IMG/VR virus record: IMGVR_UViG_3300025117_000020
DNA from: a virus
DNA: 39,090 nucleotides
Strand: one strand, 5' to 3'
Shown here: piece by piece, positions 15,691 to 24,595 of the stretch
How the letters are laid out: each line of letters starts with the position of its first letter
Position numbering within the stretch: the first letter of the stretch is position 1
Notes under the pieces: generated by a model
The model's database searches: none
What the model was told of the DNA's origin: nothing
What the model saw: only the letters and a program-made list of their open reading frames with translations
Program-made: the position numbers and the translations under genes

Positions 15691-15834
15691 ATGAAAATCT
15701 CAAAATGCAAATGGTGCGGTAAAGAATTTGAGGACGCTTGCTCTCCTGAATGTATAGACTGTTGCGACAACAAGGCTTGCGTAAAGGCGAACCGAAAGGA
15801 GTTTCTGAAAGAAATGTTTAATCAACTCAAATGA
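15691..15834 (+). CDS. Cys-rich mini-protein (47 aa)
   Basis: MKISKCKWCGKEFEDACSPECIDCCDNKACVKANRKEFLKEMFNQLK has 8 Cys. It is below the ORF-track cutoff. Confidence 0.5.
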   Translation: MKISKCKWCGKEFEDACSPECIDCCDNKACVKANRKEFLKEMFNQLK

Positions 15835-15843
15835 ATTTTCAAG

Positions 15844-15889
15844 TATAATCAAATAGACTAGAAACACGTCCTGCTAATATAATCAAATA
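15844..15889 (+). promoter_or_regulatory. Pair of 12-bp direct repeats TATAATCAAATA upstream of 15893
   Basis: Copies lie at 15844-15855 and 15878-15889, 34 bp apart, in a 58-nt spacer. They may be an internal promoter or operator. Confidence 0.3.
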
Positions 15890-15892
15890 TAT

Positions 15893-16156
15893 ATGAAAAA
15901 ATCTATCAAGAAATCCAAAAAATCCAAAGAAATAAAACTTCCTTCACTGGAAACAGAAGGACGCTGTAACCAATGCGCAAGCGTGTTGGAGTTGATTAGT
16001 TGGACGTTCGTAACGGGGAATAGTGTTAGTAGTCTAGTGTGCGTGAATCCGAAGTGTCCTTCGTATGCGCTGTTGCAAGTGCCAGAACATATCATGTATA
16101 AACACTGGCTCAAGCAAGAACATAGAGAGAATAGACTAATCGAAAAACATTTATGA
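15893..16156 (+). CDS. Zinc-ribbon mini-protein
   Basis: 87 aa with a Lys-rich N-terminus and CNQC ... CVNPKC. Confidence 0.6.
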   Translation: MKKSIKKSKKSKEIKLPSLETEGRCNQCASVLELISWTFVTGNSVSSLVCVNPKCPSYALLQVPEHIMYKHWLKQEHRENRLIEKHL

Positions 16157-16281
16157 AAAAGCGCACAATCAAACCGTGCAAAAAATGTTATCAGATGACA
16201 AATCACGAAGGTGGTAAATGCCTGAAATGTCAAACCTGTGCAAACCTATGCAGTCCTAAAACTCTTAGAAAACAAAAATGA
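16153..16281 (+). CDS. Cys-rich mini-protein (42 aa)
   Basis: MKKRTIKPCKKCYQMTNHEGGKCLKCQTCANLCSPKTLRKQK. It has ATGA overlaps at both ends. Confidence 0.5.
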   Translation: MKKRTIKPCKKCYQMTNHEGGKCLKCQTCANLCSPKTLRKQK

Positions 16282-16502
16282 TAAACAACCACGGGCACTC
16301 TTGGCTCGACTGTACTCCGATACTATGCAGAACCTTCCCTAGCGTTGCACAGGAACTCGGTGCGCCGATGATGGCTTACGAGGACAACAAGGAATGGTGC
16401 GATGCCGAGAAATGGAGAGAGCTTGAAAAATACAGGCAAGGATTCCGCGCCTTCATGTGCGCTTGCTCGGCAGTCAAAGTCTTTAATCCGAACGTCAAAT
16501 GA
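16278..16502 (+). CDS. Hypothetical small protein
   Basis: 74 aa with ATGA overlaps to both neighbours. Confidence 0.55.
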   Translation: MINNHGHSWLDCTPILCRTFPSVAQELGAPMMAYEDNKEWCDAEKWRELEKYRQGFRAFMCACSAVKVFNPNVK

Positions 16503-16675
16503 AATGTCCGCAAATAGACACATGCTCACATGCTCAACTGCCAGCTTGCGAGTTTGAGACAATCATCAAGGCTTGCCAGCTCAACCAACAAGAGACGCAA
16601 CGCAAAGTGCAAGAGACAATGCAGAAACATCATCTCGCCGAGGAGATGGATAAATGGAAAGGGCTTTGCCATTAA
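16499..16675 (+). CDS. Cys-containing mini-protein (58 aa)
   Basis: MKCPQIDTCSHAQLPACEFETIIKACQLNQQ...KWKGLCH. Its ATG overlaps the upstream stop. I prefer it to the 5' part of tracked ORF 16530..16877. Confidence 0.45.
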   Translation: MKCPQIDTCSHAQLPACEFETIIKACQLNQQETQRKVQETMQKHHLAEEMDKWKGLCH

Positions 16676-16688
16676 CCAAAAACAAAAT

Positions 16689-16877
16689 ATGCTAGACACG
16701 TTTATCATTCTCGACCAAGACGCGGACTACCGAAGAGTACGGCCAAAAGACGAACCGAGTAGCGTTGGAGACGTGATAGTCGCCACAAGAGGCCAATTTG
16801 TAATTTCGGGAGTTGATCACGAGGAAGACGACGAAACCGTCCAGCTAACCTGTATTGCTCAACCGATTAACGCTTAA
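16689..16877 (+). CDS. Hypothetical small protein (62 aa)
   Basis: An internal Met of tracked ORF 16530..16877 is preceded by the consensus-like leader ttaaccaaaaacaaaat. The product is MLDTFIILDQDADYRRV... Confidence 0.5.
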   Translation: MLDTFIILDQDADYRRVRPKDEPSSVGDVIVATRGQFVISGVDHEEDDETVQLTCIAQPINA

Positions 16878-16894
16878 TTTTTAATTAAAATAAT

Positions 16895-17608
16895 ATGCCT
16901 CAATCATTTTATTCATCAACAACTACTGGCGGAACTTTTTTTGACATCAACAGTCTTATAACTATTGACGGTTCGGCATCAACAAACGGTATAACCGTCA
17001 ATGCAACCGTTAAAAAGACTACAGGACACGATGTGTCACTTGTCTTTAGGTATATCAAAAAGAAATTCAATATAATGGAACGGGTGATTCTTGATAGAAG
17101 ATTAGACAGACTGGAGAAGGCGTTTAACAATGCCGTGGAAAACGGACAAGAGGCACTTGGCAACAAGCTATTGCTAGAACTGGCGAGAGAAGTAAAAGAA
17201 AGTGCGATATACGCAAAAGGTATTAGGTACTATGTTGACAGGGAGGTTTTATCAAGAGTCAAGAATAAGATAAGAGATGGACATATATCGGATACGAAAT
17301 TAAAAGACTACACGAGAGTTATACCGAAGGATGTATTAGCGAAGAAGAAAGCTGTTGAAGATGTATTTGACGGGTTTGTAATTTATCACTACTACAATAA
17401 CGCAATCGAGAAAAAGCTAGAGAAAAAACAACAGATGTCGCCAGATGAAAAGAGGAATATGAAAGACCCTATTTTATTTGGATGGATAAATGAATGTGAT
17501 AGGTTGTATTTTATTGGAGATTGGGAAGACGAGTATTGCGATTTAACATTCGATGAGATTATAGGAGTAGTCGGTGAAGCTAAATTATCAAAAACACCTA
17601 CCCTATGA
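16895..17608 (+). CDS. Hypothetical protein
   Basis: 237-aa ORF. No family was recognised. Confidence 0.65.
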   Translation: MPQSFYSSTTTGGTFFDINSLITIDGSASTNGITVNATVKKTTGHDVSLVFRYIKKKFNIMERVILDRRLDRLEKAFNNAVENGQEALGNKLLLELAREVKESAIYAKGIRYYVDREVLSRVKNKIRDGHISDTKLKDYTRVIPKDVLAKKKAVEDVFDGFVIYHYYNNAIEKKLEKKQQMSPDEKRNMKDPILFGWINECDRLYFIGDWEDEYCDLTFDEIIGVVGEAKLSKTPTL

Positions 17609-17711
17609 AATTCACACCCGAACAAGCAGGAGCATATTGCGACCAAGCGCATAATTGCAAGGTTGACTTTTTAACAGATTTGTGAAATAGTTTAGCTGTA
17701 ATCAAACAAAC

Positions 17712-17921
17712 ATGAAAAAACTCGACTACAAAAAAATGCTTCAGGAGATAGACGAACTTGTGCAGACTGATTTCTGCATGGATATGGACTCGCGACTAAT
17801 TCGCAAAAGACCACTCTTTACAAAAAGAGAATCAGTCGAAATGGCTATCCTGATTGGGCGCATTTACTCGATTTCGCATTGCATTTCTTGTTCAGCCTGT
17901 AATAAAAAATATTTAAAATAA
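17712..17921 (+). CDS. Hypothetical protein
   Basis: 69 aa with a C-terminal CISCSAC. It follows a 103-nt spacer. Confidence 0.55.
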   Translation: MKKLDYKKMLQEIDELVQTDFCMDMDSRLIRKRPLFTKRESVEMAILIGRIYSISHCISCSACNKKYLK

Positions 17922-17928
17922 TAAAAAC

Positions 17929-18198
17929 ATGAAAAAAGTTTTACTTTGGTTGCTCAATAAGTTTTACAACGGCACTCCCTGTGAGTACGGACTAATCAAT
18001 AATGTCGAGGCTTATGAACGAAGTTTTCTGGATGACACGCTGGAGAATAATCCTGAGGTGACGATGAAGGAATTTTTAGACTCAATGGATAGAATGGATA
18101 AATGTATGAAGTCTGGAGAGGATTGTACGATTATGGGTAAAACCGTTTACAAGGGTTCGGATATTCTTATTGAGACTCTCAATAAAGATATGCTATGA
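17929..18198 (+). CDS. Hypothetical protein
   Basis: 89-aa ORF. Confidence 0.55.
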   Translation: MKKVLLWLLNKFYNGTPCEYGLINNVEAYERSFLDDTLENNPEVTMKEFLDSMDRMDKCMKSGEDCTIMGKTVYKGSDILIETLNKDML

Positions 18199-18329
18199 AA
18201 ACAAAACCATCAGACATGCCAGAAGGATTTGAACAACTATTCGGAACTCTCACGAAGCCTGAAAAGCTAACGCCAGAGCAGGAACTCGGAAAGGCTTTAC
18301 TAAAAATAAGAAAAACAAATGGAAGCTAA
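18195..18329 (+). CDS. Small hypothetical protein (44 aa)
   Basis: MKTKPSDMPEGFEQLFGTLTKPEKLTPEQELGKALLKIRKTNGS. ATGA overlap with the upstream gene. Confidence 0.4.
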   Translation: MKTKPSDMPEGFEQLFGTLTKPEKLTPEQELGKALLKIRKTNGS

Positions 18330-18504
18330 AACAATACAGCAAATGTACATACGCCGATCCAAGCAATATGCTAATCCGTGTTGCATTCAAGCGTTGACGG
18401 ATTTCATGATAGAGATTTGGTCATACCATTATCTCGAAAAGGATTTGAAAGTAAAACAAAAAGCACTACCCTATGAAGAAGAAACCCAACCTAACGCCTC
18501 TTGA
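18319..18504 (+). CDS. Hypothetical protein
   Basis: 61-aa ORF that overlaps its neighbours by 11 and 32 nt. Confidence 0.45.
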   Translation: MEAKTIQQMYIRRSKQYANPCCIQALTDFMIEIWSYHYLEKDLKVKQKALPYEEETQPNAS

Positions 18505-18850
18505 GGATGTCGAGTGCGAAGTATTTGCGAACTGGTGCAGATGGAATAATTTGCTTTTTACTCATATCGCTAATGAGATACCGGTCGGACATCAAGAAGG
18601 TAAAGTTTGGAAGCCTCATTTCGCTACGATTAACAGACTCAAGGCTATCGGATTCTGTTCAGGCTTTCCTGATTTTGTAATTAAAATACCAGCTGGATTA
18701 CTTGTAATCGAGATGAAACGCCAGCAAGGTGGTACTACAAGCGCAACACAGAAGATATGGCTCAAGGCATTACAGGAAGTTGACGGAATCGAAACGAAGG
18801 TATGTTACGGCGCTGAAATGGCAATCGCATTTGTTCAATCTTATCTTTAA
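18473..18850 (+). CDS. VRR-NUC domain nuclease
   Basis: ECEVFANWC ... GFPDFVIKIPAGLLVIEMKRQQGGTTSATQKIWLKAL shows the PD...E-x-K core and the Q..W pattern of VRR-NUC. Confidence 0.75.
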   Translation: MKKKPNLTPLEDVECEVFANWCRWNNLLFTHIANEIPVGHQEGKVWKPHFATINRLKAIGFCSGFPDFVIKIPAGLLVIEMKRQQGGTTSATQKIWLKALQEVDGIETKVCYGAEMAIAFVQSYL

Positions 18851-18853
18851 GAT

Positions 18854-19036
18854 ATGAAACAAAAATACATAAAGGCAAAGCACTACATTGATATCGGCGT
18901 GCAACACGCCGAGGATGTAAACAGATCCTCCTCTTGTTATATGGTGGATACCAAAAAGCGCCAGATCCTCTTGAGGTCAGTTCCGATTTACGCTTTACCA
19001 AGAATGGTTGAGCAAGAGCCTAGACCTTTGGATTGA
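18854..19036 (+). CDS. Hypothetical protein, last gene of the + arm
   Basis: 60-aa ORF starting 3 nt after the VRR-NUC stop. It overlaps the end of the minus operon convergently by 17 nt. Confidence 0.4.
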   Translation: MKQKYIKAKHYIDIGVQHAEDVNRSSSCYMVDTKKRQILLRSVPIYALPRMVEQEPRPLD

Positions 19037-19328
19037 TTTTCGGTGCTAAAGAAGGGAAACAAAGAACAAGAATTGCTCTTGCGGCTGATGAAACCACGGC
19101 GTTTCCTATCGAAATGAATATAACCCATATATCGTTACCATCTCTAGTAGCTGTACTGATTGCGATCCAAATCGAATTGAGATCCGAAAGTGTCATGCCC
19201 CTTTGGTAGAATGCGATAATTGCACTCGCGCCTTCACTCGTAAGGAATGAAGCCACGAATACGGCAATAAACAATCTCATCTCGCTCTTGAACCTTTCAC
19301 TCTTGAGGAACTGTTTGATTTTTTTCAT
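19020..19328 (-). CDS. Membrane protein of the lysis cassette (holin or spanin-like candidate)
   Basis: 102 aa with hydrophobic segments LFIAVFVASFL, IWIAISTA and VIFISIGNAVV. It lies immediately downstream of the amidase gene. Confidence 0.5.
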   Translation of the reverse strand: MKKIKQFLKSERFKSEMRLFIAVFVASFLTSEGASAIIAFYQRGMTLSDLNSIWIAISTATRDGNDIWVIFISIGNAVVSSAARAILVLCFPSLAPKINPKV

Positions 19329-19332
19329 GGTG

Positions 19333-19941
19333 TTATTTGTTAATGTCTATTTTGCGAAGAATCTCGAGAGTCCATATCTTATCATCCGAAAGATTAGAGT
19401 CGTCTTTTAAGACTCCTTTATTCTTCCAGTAAGTGATCGCCTCTTGTTGCCACTCTACTCTTTGCGGATAAATCCCCATAAATTGAGTGAGATATTCGAG
19501 AACAGTTGGTTTGATATTATTGCCCGGACAACTCTTGTACGGTTTTCCGCTTGAATTAAGAGCGTAATCCCTGTGCATTTTCACATTGTCACTTGGGATA
19601 TTGTAGGCACTTCTTAATCTCTTAATCAATTCAAAGGTTGCTTTTACTTGAGCCATGCTTGGAGTTTCCTTGTCGAAATCACCAACCATACAAATTCCAA
19701 TCCCCTTAAAGTTCATCATGCCTTCCTTACAGTGCGCGCCGACTTCAGTGTCTTGTCGATACTGTCGGACTTCACCCGTTCCGAAGACAACATAATGATA
19801 CCCGATATACCAACCACTCTTTGACTTCGGGAACTCCCTAGCCTTGTGCGAATTGTTAAAAGAATTTTCCGTAATATCCGGACTCAAATCCCGAGGCGTA
19901 ACTGAATGATGTACTACTATGTACTCATGTGTGTTTGCCAT
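19333..19941 (-). CDS. N-acetylmuramoyl-L-alanine amidase (amidase_2/PGRP type) endolysin
   Basis: Motifs YIVVHHSVT, GYHYVV, GAHC, GIGICMVGDFD and HRDY...KSCPG are present. The start is placed at MANTHEY (cat 19939-19941); the longest ORF reaches 19968. Confidence 0.85.
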   Translation of the reverse strand: MANTHEYIVVHHSVTPRDLSPDITENSFNNSHKAREFPKSKSGWYIGYHYVVFGTGEVRQYRQDTEVGAHCKEGMMNFKGIGICMVGDFDKETPSMAQVKATFELIKRLRSAYNIPSDNVKMHRDYALNSSGKPYKSCPGNNIKPTVLEYLTQFMGIYPQRVEWQQEAITYWKNKGVLKDDSNLSDDKIWTLEILRKIDINK

Positions 19942-19951
19942 CTTGATTGGA

Positions 19952-20335
19952 TTAAGAAGTATAAGCACTAAAAATCAATGCGAGAACCATTAGGAGAAAA
20001 CTGCCTAGAAGCGTACCACCAAGCCCAAAAAACCAGTTTTTGTACTTGCCATCATTAGTCATCAACGCAAACCTTGAATCTATTTCTTGCCTCATCAGCG
20101 AAAGCTGATCGTGGCTTACATATGAATTGCCGATATTCTTAAATCCTTCTTTTATCGTTTCCGCTATGATTTTCAAATTCTCATTGATGGTTTTAACCTG
20201 CTCGGATAATGCGGTCAGCTTATTGTCGAACTCATTTACCTTCTCGAATATCAAGGCTTGATTCGACTTCACCTCGGCAATCTGTTCCGAGTGCAATTTA
20301 TATCCGCCACATTTTTGGAAATCTTCTTTTGGCAT
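19952..20335 (-). CDS. Coiled-coil protein with C-terminal TM anchor (holin/lysis-associated candidate)
   Basis: 127 aa with a helical N-terminal part and C-terminal WFFGLGGTLLGSFLLMVLALIF. Confidence 0.5.
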   Translation of the reverse strand: MPKEDFQKCGGYKLHSEQIAEVKSNQALIFEKVNEFDNKLTALSEQVKTINENLKIIAETIKEGFKNIGNSYVSHDQLSLMRQEIDSRFALMTNDGKYKNWFFGLGGTLLGSFLLMVLALIFSAYTS

Positions 20336-21474
20336 TAGCCTAAAATTATATAATTCATGCCGTCTGCCGTTGCATCATGGTCGTGTGCGGGATCAGTAGT
20401 TGTTAGATCATAAGTGCGAGTCAACCCAGTATTGGCAATCGAAAATACTAATGTTGCATTTTGCGTGTTACCACCATTCGTTACTGATGCGTCGTAAGAT
20501 ACTCCCGTATTAAAATCCGTACAAGTCGGCGCACTTGGATATGAAGCCGCGCTAACCGTTGCTACCCCGTTGAACCCAAGGGCAACTGAATTTGCCAATT
20601 TAATGTCACCCCTTACTCTTTTGCCATTACAAGAAGTTCCCGCATCATCACATACCCACGCGCGTATATCAAATTGCAACATAACTAATTTCGGTCTGAA
20701 TCCAACATTAAGAGTATCACTCCCTGTAGCGTCATCATCCAATGTTGAGAGCGTACCAGTTGCAACAAAGGCTTCTTTTGTTAATACTTCTGTCGCTGAT
20801 AATGCCACCCCTAATTGTTTCGTTACAGTTCCAGCAGTGTGGCTAACAGCACCAGCCGTATTAGTACCAAATACCGGACTACCTGCCGTCAATCCTGATT
20901 GAGCATTAGTGTATTCATAACACACGACAATTGTTGCATCCGCATTTCCGCCGACAACAACCCAGCCAACAAAAGCCTGTGCCGCTTCTCCGTTAGCTGT
21001 CGTATCTAGTTTCCACAATTTACTATCCGAGGCTTTAAAATATAAGGGTTGTCCTGCCGTCACTGTTTCACCAGCCGTTCCCTTGTACAGTGTTTTCTCG
21101 AGATATGTTTTACTGATAATCTCAAATCGGTCATTCGTATTATCGTATATGCAATAAATGTATTGTCCTGCTTGTATATCTCCCTTTGATAATTCCGCTC
21201 CGTTTTGGTGCATCAAATCTACTGTATCAGTAATGCCTCCGGTAAGTGAGAGATTAGTCGCTCCTGTATTTGTAGTCTTCACCTCTATCTTCAAAATCAT
21301 TCCATTCTCAAGAGCCGCAACCTGTGCAGGTATAGCGACTGTGACTGTGTTCGCAGATACCGAAGAATCCACAAGCGTATCGCCAGCGTGGAGTAAAGTA
21401 TCTTTGCGAAGATTATTATATTGAGCCGCCGTTGCGTCATCACCTGCTACTACTACTGCTGAATTAAGTGCCAT
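20335..21474 (-). CDS. Tail fibre protein
   Basis: The N-terminus ...GDDATAAQYNNLRKD is typical of phage fibre proteins. The body is Thr/Ala/Gly/Val-rich, and the gene lies at the distal end of the tail module. Confidence 0.6.
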   Translation of the reverse strand: MALNSAVVVAGDDATAAQYNNLRKDTLLHAGDTLVDSSVSANTVTVAIPAQVAALENGMILKIEVKTTNTGATNLSLTGGITDTVDLMHQNGAELSKGDIQAGQYIYCIYDNTNDRFEIISKTYLEKTLYKGTAGETVTAGQPLYFKASDSKLWKLDTTANGEAAQAFVGWVVVGGNADATIVVCYEYTNAQSGLTAGSPVFGTNTAGAVSHTAGTVTKQLGVALSATEVLTKEAFVATGTLSTLDDDATGSDTLNVGFRPKLVMLQFDIRAWVCDDAGTSCNGKRVRGDIKLANSVALGFNGVATVSAASYPSAPTCTDFNTGVSYDASVTNGGNTQNATLVFSIANTGLTRTYDLTTTDPAHDHDATADGMNYIILG

Positions 21475-21484
21475 AAATTAAAGG

Positions 21485-22144
21485 TTAGCTTATCGTGATT
21501 TCAGATTCACAAGTTAATGTCTCTGTTGCCGCCTTTGCGATTGTAGTCGTCAAAAAGTGACTCAGAATTTGTCCTGTATCTACACTTGAAGTTCCGTCAA
21601 TAAACCATCCGGCTTCCTCAACAGTTCCGGTAAAGTCCGAAGCAGAATAAAAATTGCTCAAGTAAGCGATATTGCTTGCATAAGCCGCGCTCGAAATTGC
21701 CTTCCTGAAAGTTTCAGTAGTCAGCGTAGTATCTCCATTCACTGGTGCAGTATTGCTTGAGCCGACAGCGCCGTAATTCACAACGCCGGTATAAGTAGTT
21801 GTATTTGCAAATCTTTGTGCGATTACAGACCTCCCGACCGTTGGAATGATATTATGCACGACTTTCTGTTTAACAAGCGTTAAATCGCAAAGTTGTCGGT
21901 ATAAAAATTTCAGTTCCCAAAATATCTGATTATGATTTTTGCAGGTCTTAATAAGATTTTCAATCTCTGCAATTATCTTTGTTGCCTTTGGATGGCGGAT
22001 GTCACAAACGGAAATCGTATGAAGCCCAGCCATAGGTTTTGATACCTCCTTGTGACACAAAAATCCTTCAACCGGATTAGTTAGATTCAGTTTCTTGAGC
22101 CGCTTTTTGAATGCTATTTCGGAAACTTTGTTTTGATTTTCCAT
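21485..22144 (-). CDS. Tail-associated structural protein
   Basis: 219 aa, lying between the distal tail protein and the fibre gene. The C-terminal half is beta-rich (VNYGAVGSSNTAPVNGDTTLTTETFRK...). The call rests on position. Confidence 0.45.
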   Translation of the reverse strand: MENQNKVSEIAFKKRLKKLNLTNPVEGFLCHKEVSKPMAGLHTISVCDIRHPKATKIIAEIENLIKTCKNHNQIFWELKFLYRQLCDLTLVKQKVVHNIIPTVGRSVIAQRFANTTTYTGVVNYGAVGSSNTAPVNGDTTLTTETFRKAISSAAYASNIAYLSNFYSASDFTGTVEEAGWFIDGTSSVDTGQILSHFLTTTIAKAATETLTCESEITIS

Positions 22145-22183
22145 GTAATATAATTATGATTGCAAAATAGAAAAAAGTAAATG

Positions 22184-24595
22184 TCATCCCCATTGTCCAA
22201 GTGACCATCGAAAATCTGTTGCGTCAGGTTGCCACTTATACGGACTTGATGTTATATCCCTCTCAACAGCAGTTTCCACAGGAGTAAGTGTAATGGTTGG
22301 AGTTTCGCTTGCCGTTTCAGAAGCCGTGAATGTATTAACTTCGCTTAGTGTTATCTCAACCGATTCTGCCGTTACCAAGTCAACAGTTTCATCTTCATCA
22401 ACTTCAATCTGGTCATTCTCTGAAAGTAGTTTTTGAAAAAATTCTATAATACCGAATAGAGTTGAAGCGAAGGTAACTTTGAAATCCATATAATCACCGT
22501 ACTCACCACCCTTGCTTGTAGATGTAACCTTCTGAATTAAGTATTGCTGATCCGTAAGTCCTCTTGCCGTATCGTTTACAGTTATCAGTTGTCCTGATTT
22601 TAAACCTTCTTGGTCAGTCGTAAATGAGCCGTTGATAATAGCATTCGAGTATTGGTTGATTTCAGCCTCCGCGCGTGCGCGTGCAAGCTCACGACTGTCT
22701 ATAGATGTGTCCGTGATTACATCGCCGGCAAATACACCAGTACCACCGCACAATGCTTTCATCGCAAAGATTGAAGCATTATCTTGATGAGTTACTCTAA
22801 TCGGAAATCTCTCTGTGTATTCAAATCTCAAGAATTGAGCCGAGGTCAATGTTGCCGTTTGGGTTGAAGCTCTAACCGATTGAGCATTATAGTTGTACAT
22901 ATAATCGAATGAAGCCTCATCATCAAGATTCTCAACGCCGACAGTTTTCGCAGTCGCAAAGAATGAAATCGTATCTCCGTTGGTTTGAGAGGTCACAGCC
23001 TCGACAGTGAAATTATCATTATCAACTTTCGTGATTTTGCGTACTGCATTACTTCGAGTCCTGTTCGTGATGTGCATTCCTGTAGTCAAGCCGTGTGCTG
23101 TAATCTTTATATTCGTTGTTGTAGTACCGGCTTCCGAGGCATGAGTTGTAGTGTTGTTATCAAGAGTGACTGCAAGATTAACGAATAGATTTTTCATAAT
23201 CCATTCCCTAACCGCGCTGTCGCCTTCGACAACCTGTGAATATGTACTGTCCGAATCTTCCGTTCCACCTCTTACGGTCTGTTGATTTTTCAATAAACTT
23301 ATATCAGGTTTAATCGACAGATTGTCGAAATTATCACTACTATTAGTTACATCAATTTCAAATGGTGCAGACATACTTTCTATATCGAAAAAATGTATAT
23401 CTTTTTCGTAATCGATATACCAAAACTTGCTACTTAAATTCGCCAAGTCTTGAATTACGCGAGTCGGCTTTTTGAATGAGATAGGATAATTCGTAAGCGA
23501 CAAACCTTCTTCAACATTGAACATCGTGAAACTACCCTCGGCTGTAATCCTCAAGTCATCAATCTTAATCGAACTTGTTGCAGTTTCGGCGACTACAATC
23601 GCCACATAAGTAATCGCAGTCCATACTGGAGTGCCTGTCATTACGCCATCCTCTAATTGAACACTGTCAAAGGTATATTCACCGGACGATCCCAATGTCA
23701 CCGTCGATAATAAGTAATTACTCGAATCGCTACCAATTCTTATCTTGAGTGATGTGATCTTAGTTGTATCAGTCGGATTTGCCCATAGAGTTAGATTGCC
23801 TTTGGTCGGTTGCCCCGAAGTTACACCGACAAAGTCCGAGAAGTCGCGCGCCGTTTGTGTCGTTTCCCATAGCGCCGACCCTGCCGAGTAAGTCCATGCG
23901 AATATACCAGCAGAATCTCCTTGCATTTCTGTTGTTATATCAAGCGTTGGATTCGTACCGTCTAAAGACTCAATCCACGCCGTTTGTATCGCACCATCAT
24001 TCAAGTATTCCATGTCATCAACTTCCTTGTTGTAGTTGTTATTCTGATTGAGCTGGTCATTGATTATATACCTCGGTTCTCGATTCTCGTAAGCCGAGTT
24101 CCAATTAGGTGCATCGAAAATCTTTGTGTAATCGTAACAGCTCACACTGTATTCAAGTATCGAGGTGTTGTGATCTATATTCGAGTCAGTTGCAGAAGAA
24201 ATAACGCCACCGAAAACCAGTTTACCCATGCGCTCACCTGTCGAGTGCGCGCTCGTGGGCGTGCTTATAGTAAGCGTTGTCGAAGACGGAACGGCGGTCA
24301 CCGTCACCTTCTCCTCTGTAGCTAATCCGATCCCCAAATACAATTCAGTACCAATCCTAAACTTGCCTGTGTCGCTATAGGTATTCGCAATCGTTATCGT
24401 ATTTGCGCTGTAGTTTGCCTTCAAAGCCAAGCCGTCAAATATCTTTATATCTTGCCCTGCTGTCGGTCTTGTAACACCGGAAAGCAACTTGAAACTGCAA
24501 GTATTCGACTTGTTCTGTATCTGGTCGTCTATCTTTATCGATAGGCGGTTGAGATAGGTTGTCGTGTCTACCGAGTTTATGTAAAGATAGTACAT
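22184..24595 (-). CDS. Distal tail / baseplate-hub protein (Dit-like N-terminus with large extension)
   Basis: 803 aa, immediately after the tape measure gene. The N-terminus MYYLYINSVDTTTYLNRLSIKIDDQ...SFKL resembles siphovirus tail proteins. Confidence 0.55.
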   Translation of the reverse strand: MYYLYINSVDTTTYLNRLSIKIDDQIQNKSNTCSFKLLSGVTRPTAGQDIKIFDGLALKANYSANTITIANTYSDTGKFRIGTELYLGIGLATEEKVTVTAVPSSTTLTISTPTSAHSTGERMGKLVFGGVISSATDSNIDHNTSILEYSVSCYDYTKIFDAPNWNSAYENREPRYIINDQLNQNNNYNKEVDDMEYLNDGAIQTAWIESLDGTNPTLDITTEMQGDSAGIFAWTYSAGSALWETTQTARDFSDFVGVTSGQPTKGNLTLWANPTDTTKITSLKIRIGSDSSNYLLSTVTLGSSGEYTFDSVQLEDGVMTGTPVWTAITYVAIVVAETATSSIKIDDLRITAEGSFTMFNVEEGLSLTNYPISFKKPTRVIQDLANLSSKFWYIDYEKDIHFFDIESMSAPFEIDVTNSSDNFDNLSIKPDISLLKNQQTVRGGTEDSDSTYSQVVEGDSAVREWIMKNLFVNLAVTLDNNTTTHASEAGTTTTNIKITAHGLTTGMHITNRTRSNAVRKITKVDNDNFTVEAVTSQTNGDTISFFATAKTVGVENLDDEASFDYMYNYNAQSVRASTQTATLTSAQFLRFEYTERFPIRVTHQDNASIFAMKALCGGTGVFAGDVITDTSIDSRELARARAEAEINQYSNAIINGSFTTDQEGLKSGQLITVNDTARGLTDQQYLIQKVTSTSKGGEYGDYMDFKVTFASTLFGIIEFFQKLLSENDQIEVDEDETVDLVTAESVEITLSEVNTFTASETASETPTITLTPVETAVERDITSSPYKWQPDATDFRWSLGQWG

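Noticed and set aside
16530-16877. Tracked 115-aa ORF as a single gene
   Set aside because: Its first 53 codons are Arg/Ser/Cys-rich out-of-frame sequence overlapping the coupled ORF 16499..16675. An internal Met at 16689 has the consensus leader, so I split the region into two small genes.
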